Shown: piece by piece, positions 63,219 to 64,000 of the stretch
Numbering within the stretch: position 1 is the stretch's first letter
Layout: each line of letters opens with the position of its first letter
Virus record (IMG/VR): IMGVR_UViG_3300028840_002185
Location: 1-64,000 of that record
Direction: 5' to 3' (one strand)
DNA length: 64,000 bases
From: a virus
Position numbers and translations under genes: made by a program
Notes under the pieces: generated by a model
What the model saw: only the letters and a program-made list of their open reading frames with translations
Database searches by the model: none
What the model was told of the DNA's origin: nothing

Positions 63219-64000
63219 ATGAAAAAATCTATTCTAATCGGCATTCAAGGCAATGACAAGGTTATTCTGGAAGTAAAATTGACAAAAAAGGACATTACCC
63301 AATCAAGCGCAATTACAACACTATTAACTCCAGTTTATAGCGATCATTTCCTGCAATTGTCAATCTCAGGATCAATTGGCAATCATTCATTCGGTCAAAT
63401 CTATGATTCAATCCTGCCTTCAATGATGGATGAATTGTTTATTGATGAAGATGTTCTGATTCAATTGATTACTTATTGGAAAGCGTGTCATTTGAATGAC
63501 ATGAATGCCGGATCTGAATTACAAATGGAATATGTTGATTTCTATCGCAATCAATTCCTAAAAACTGAAAGTTATATTGGTTACGATAAAATTTGTGCAA
63601 TGCTCAATCAGCACCATTTATTGATTGACAAAGAAACCAATCCCAATTTAAATGTTGGTTACAAGTATGGTACTTTATGGCTTGTTCGATTGATTCCCGA
63701 TGAAGTAATCAAATTCATTGATTCTCTGCAATCAACTCCACAGGATATGATTCGATCAAATATCCTTGACTATCTTCTGGAACACAATTACAAATGGACA
63801 ATCACACCTTCCGATCACAATCCCTACATGACCAATCAATCAACTGATATGGATCATTGGAAAGCTGTTTTCAAAAATTCCGATGGCAATCAATTCACTA
63901 CCTATTTCAGTACAGGATTAGGTCATCGATTGTATCCTACCAATAAGCAATCGTCATTGAATCTCATTGCAATGAATTGGGCAAAAAAGACAATTAGAAT
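63219..64000 (+). CDS. hypothetical protein, N-terminal 260 aa only (runs off the right edge)
   Basis: AATCAATTAAATGAAAGGAGATCAATTA precedes ATG 63219. I translated it to nt 64000 without a stop (MKKSILIGIQGNDKVILEVKL...). Not in the track because it is truncated. Confidence 0.65.
   Translation, partial: MKKSILIGIQGNDKVILEVKLTKKDITQSSAITTLLTPVYSDHFLQLSISGSIGNHSFGQIYDSILPSMMDELFIDEDVLIQLITYWKACHLNDMNAGSELQMEYVDFYRNQFLKTESYIGYDKICAMLNQHHLLIDKETNPNLNVGYKYGTLWLVRLIPDEVIKFIDSLQSTPQDMIRSNILDYLLEHNYKWTITPSDHNPYMTNQSTDMDHWKAVFKNSDGNQFTTYFSTGLGHRLYPTNKQSSLNLIAMNWAKKTIR

Noticed and set aside
56230-64000. Could the recurring short motifs (CAATCAAT, TCCAGAAC, GGCAGGATCTT) be a CRISPR array or mini-array?
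   Set aside because: The repeats are 8-11 nt rather than 24-40 nt. They are irregularly spaced, occur in both orientations, and mostly sit inside ORFs or next to ribosome-binding sites. There is no repeat-spacer periodicity.
1-64000. Prophage boundaries, integrase, att sites or host flanks.
   Set aside because: No tyrosine or serine recombinase motifs, tRNA targets or housekeeping genes were recognisable. The composition change at 56.2 kb keeps phage-like gene architecture and the same GAAAGGAG SD, so I did not call it a host junction.

Overview
AT-rich (mid-30s % GC by eye) 64-kb stretch of a tailed dsDNA phage or prophage genome. I saw no rRNA, tRNA, CRISPR array, transposase or integrase. 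(1) nt 1-42255 is one long minus-strand late operon. Its order is terS, terL, portal, prohead protease, HK97-type major capsid, head-tail connectors and tail tube. Then comes a ~7.5-kb accessory block with beta-helix proteins, G/GT tail chaperones with a -1 frameshift site, and an 1843-aa tape measure. A lambda-like tip follows (M/L/K-position proteins and two tandem J-like proteins, one of 2068 aa), then a string of fibre genes with an embedded GT9 heptosyltransferase-like gene. (2) nt 42347-55842 carries plus-strand non-structural genes, mostly small hypotheticals. They include a sugar-modification cluster: an HldE-domain-I-type heptose-7-P kinase, a classical C2H2 zinc-finger protein, a SAM methyltransferase and a cupin. 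(3) nt 55.9-56.36 kb is an ORF-free, repeat-rich junction. (4) nt 56.36-64 kb is an arm with a very different oligonucleotide signature, saturated with CAATTG, CAAT/ATTG runs and GATC. It has divergent sigma70-like promoters at 58.47 and 58.73 kb, near-identical translation-initiation regions in front of nine genes, intergenic TCCAGAAC repeats and a recurring GGCAGGATCTT 11-mer. No replication enzymes or clear lysis cassette are visible, so the genome probably extends beyond the window. All family calls rest on motif recognition by eye and on gene order, not on database searches.
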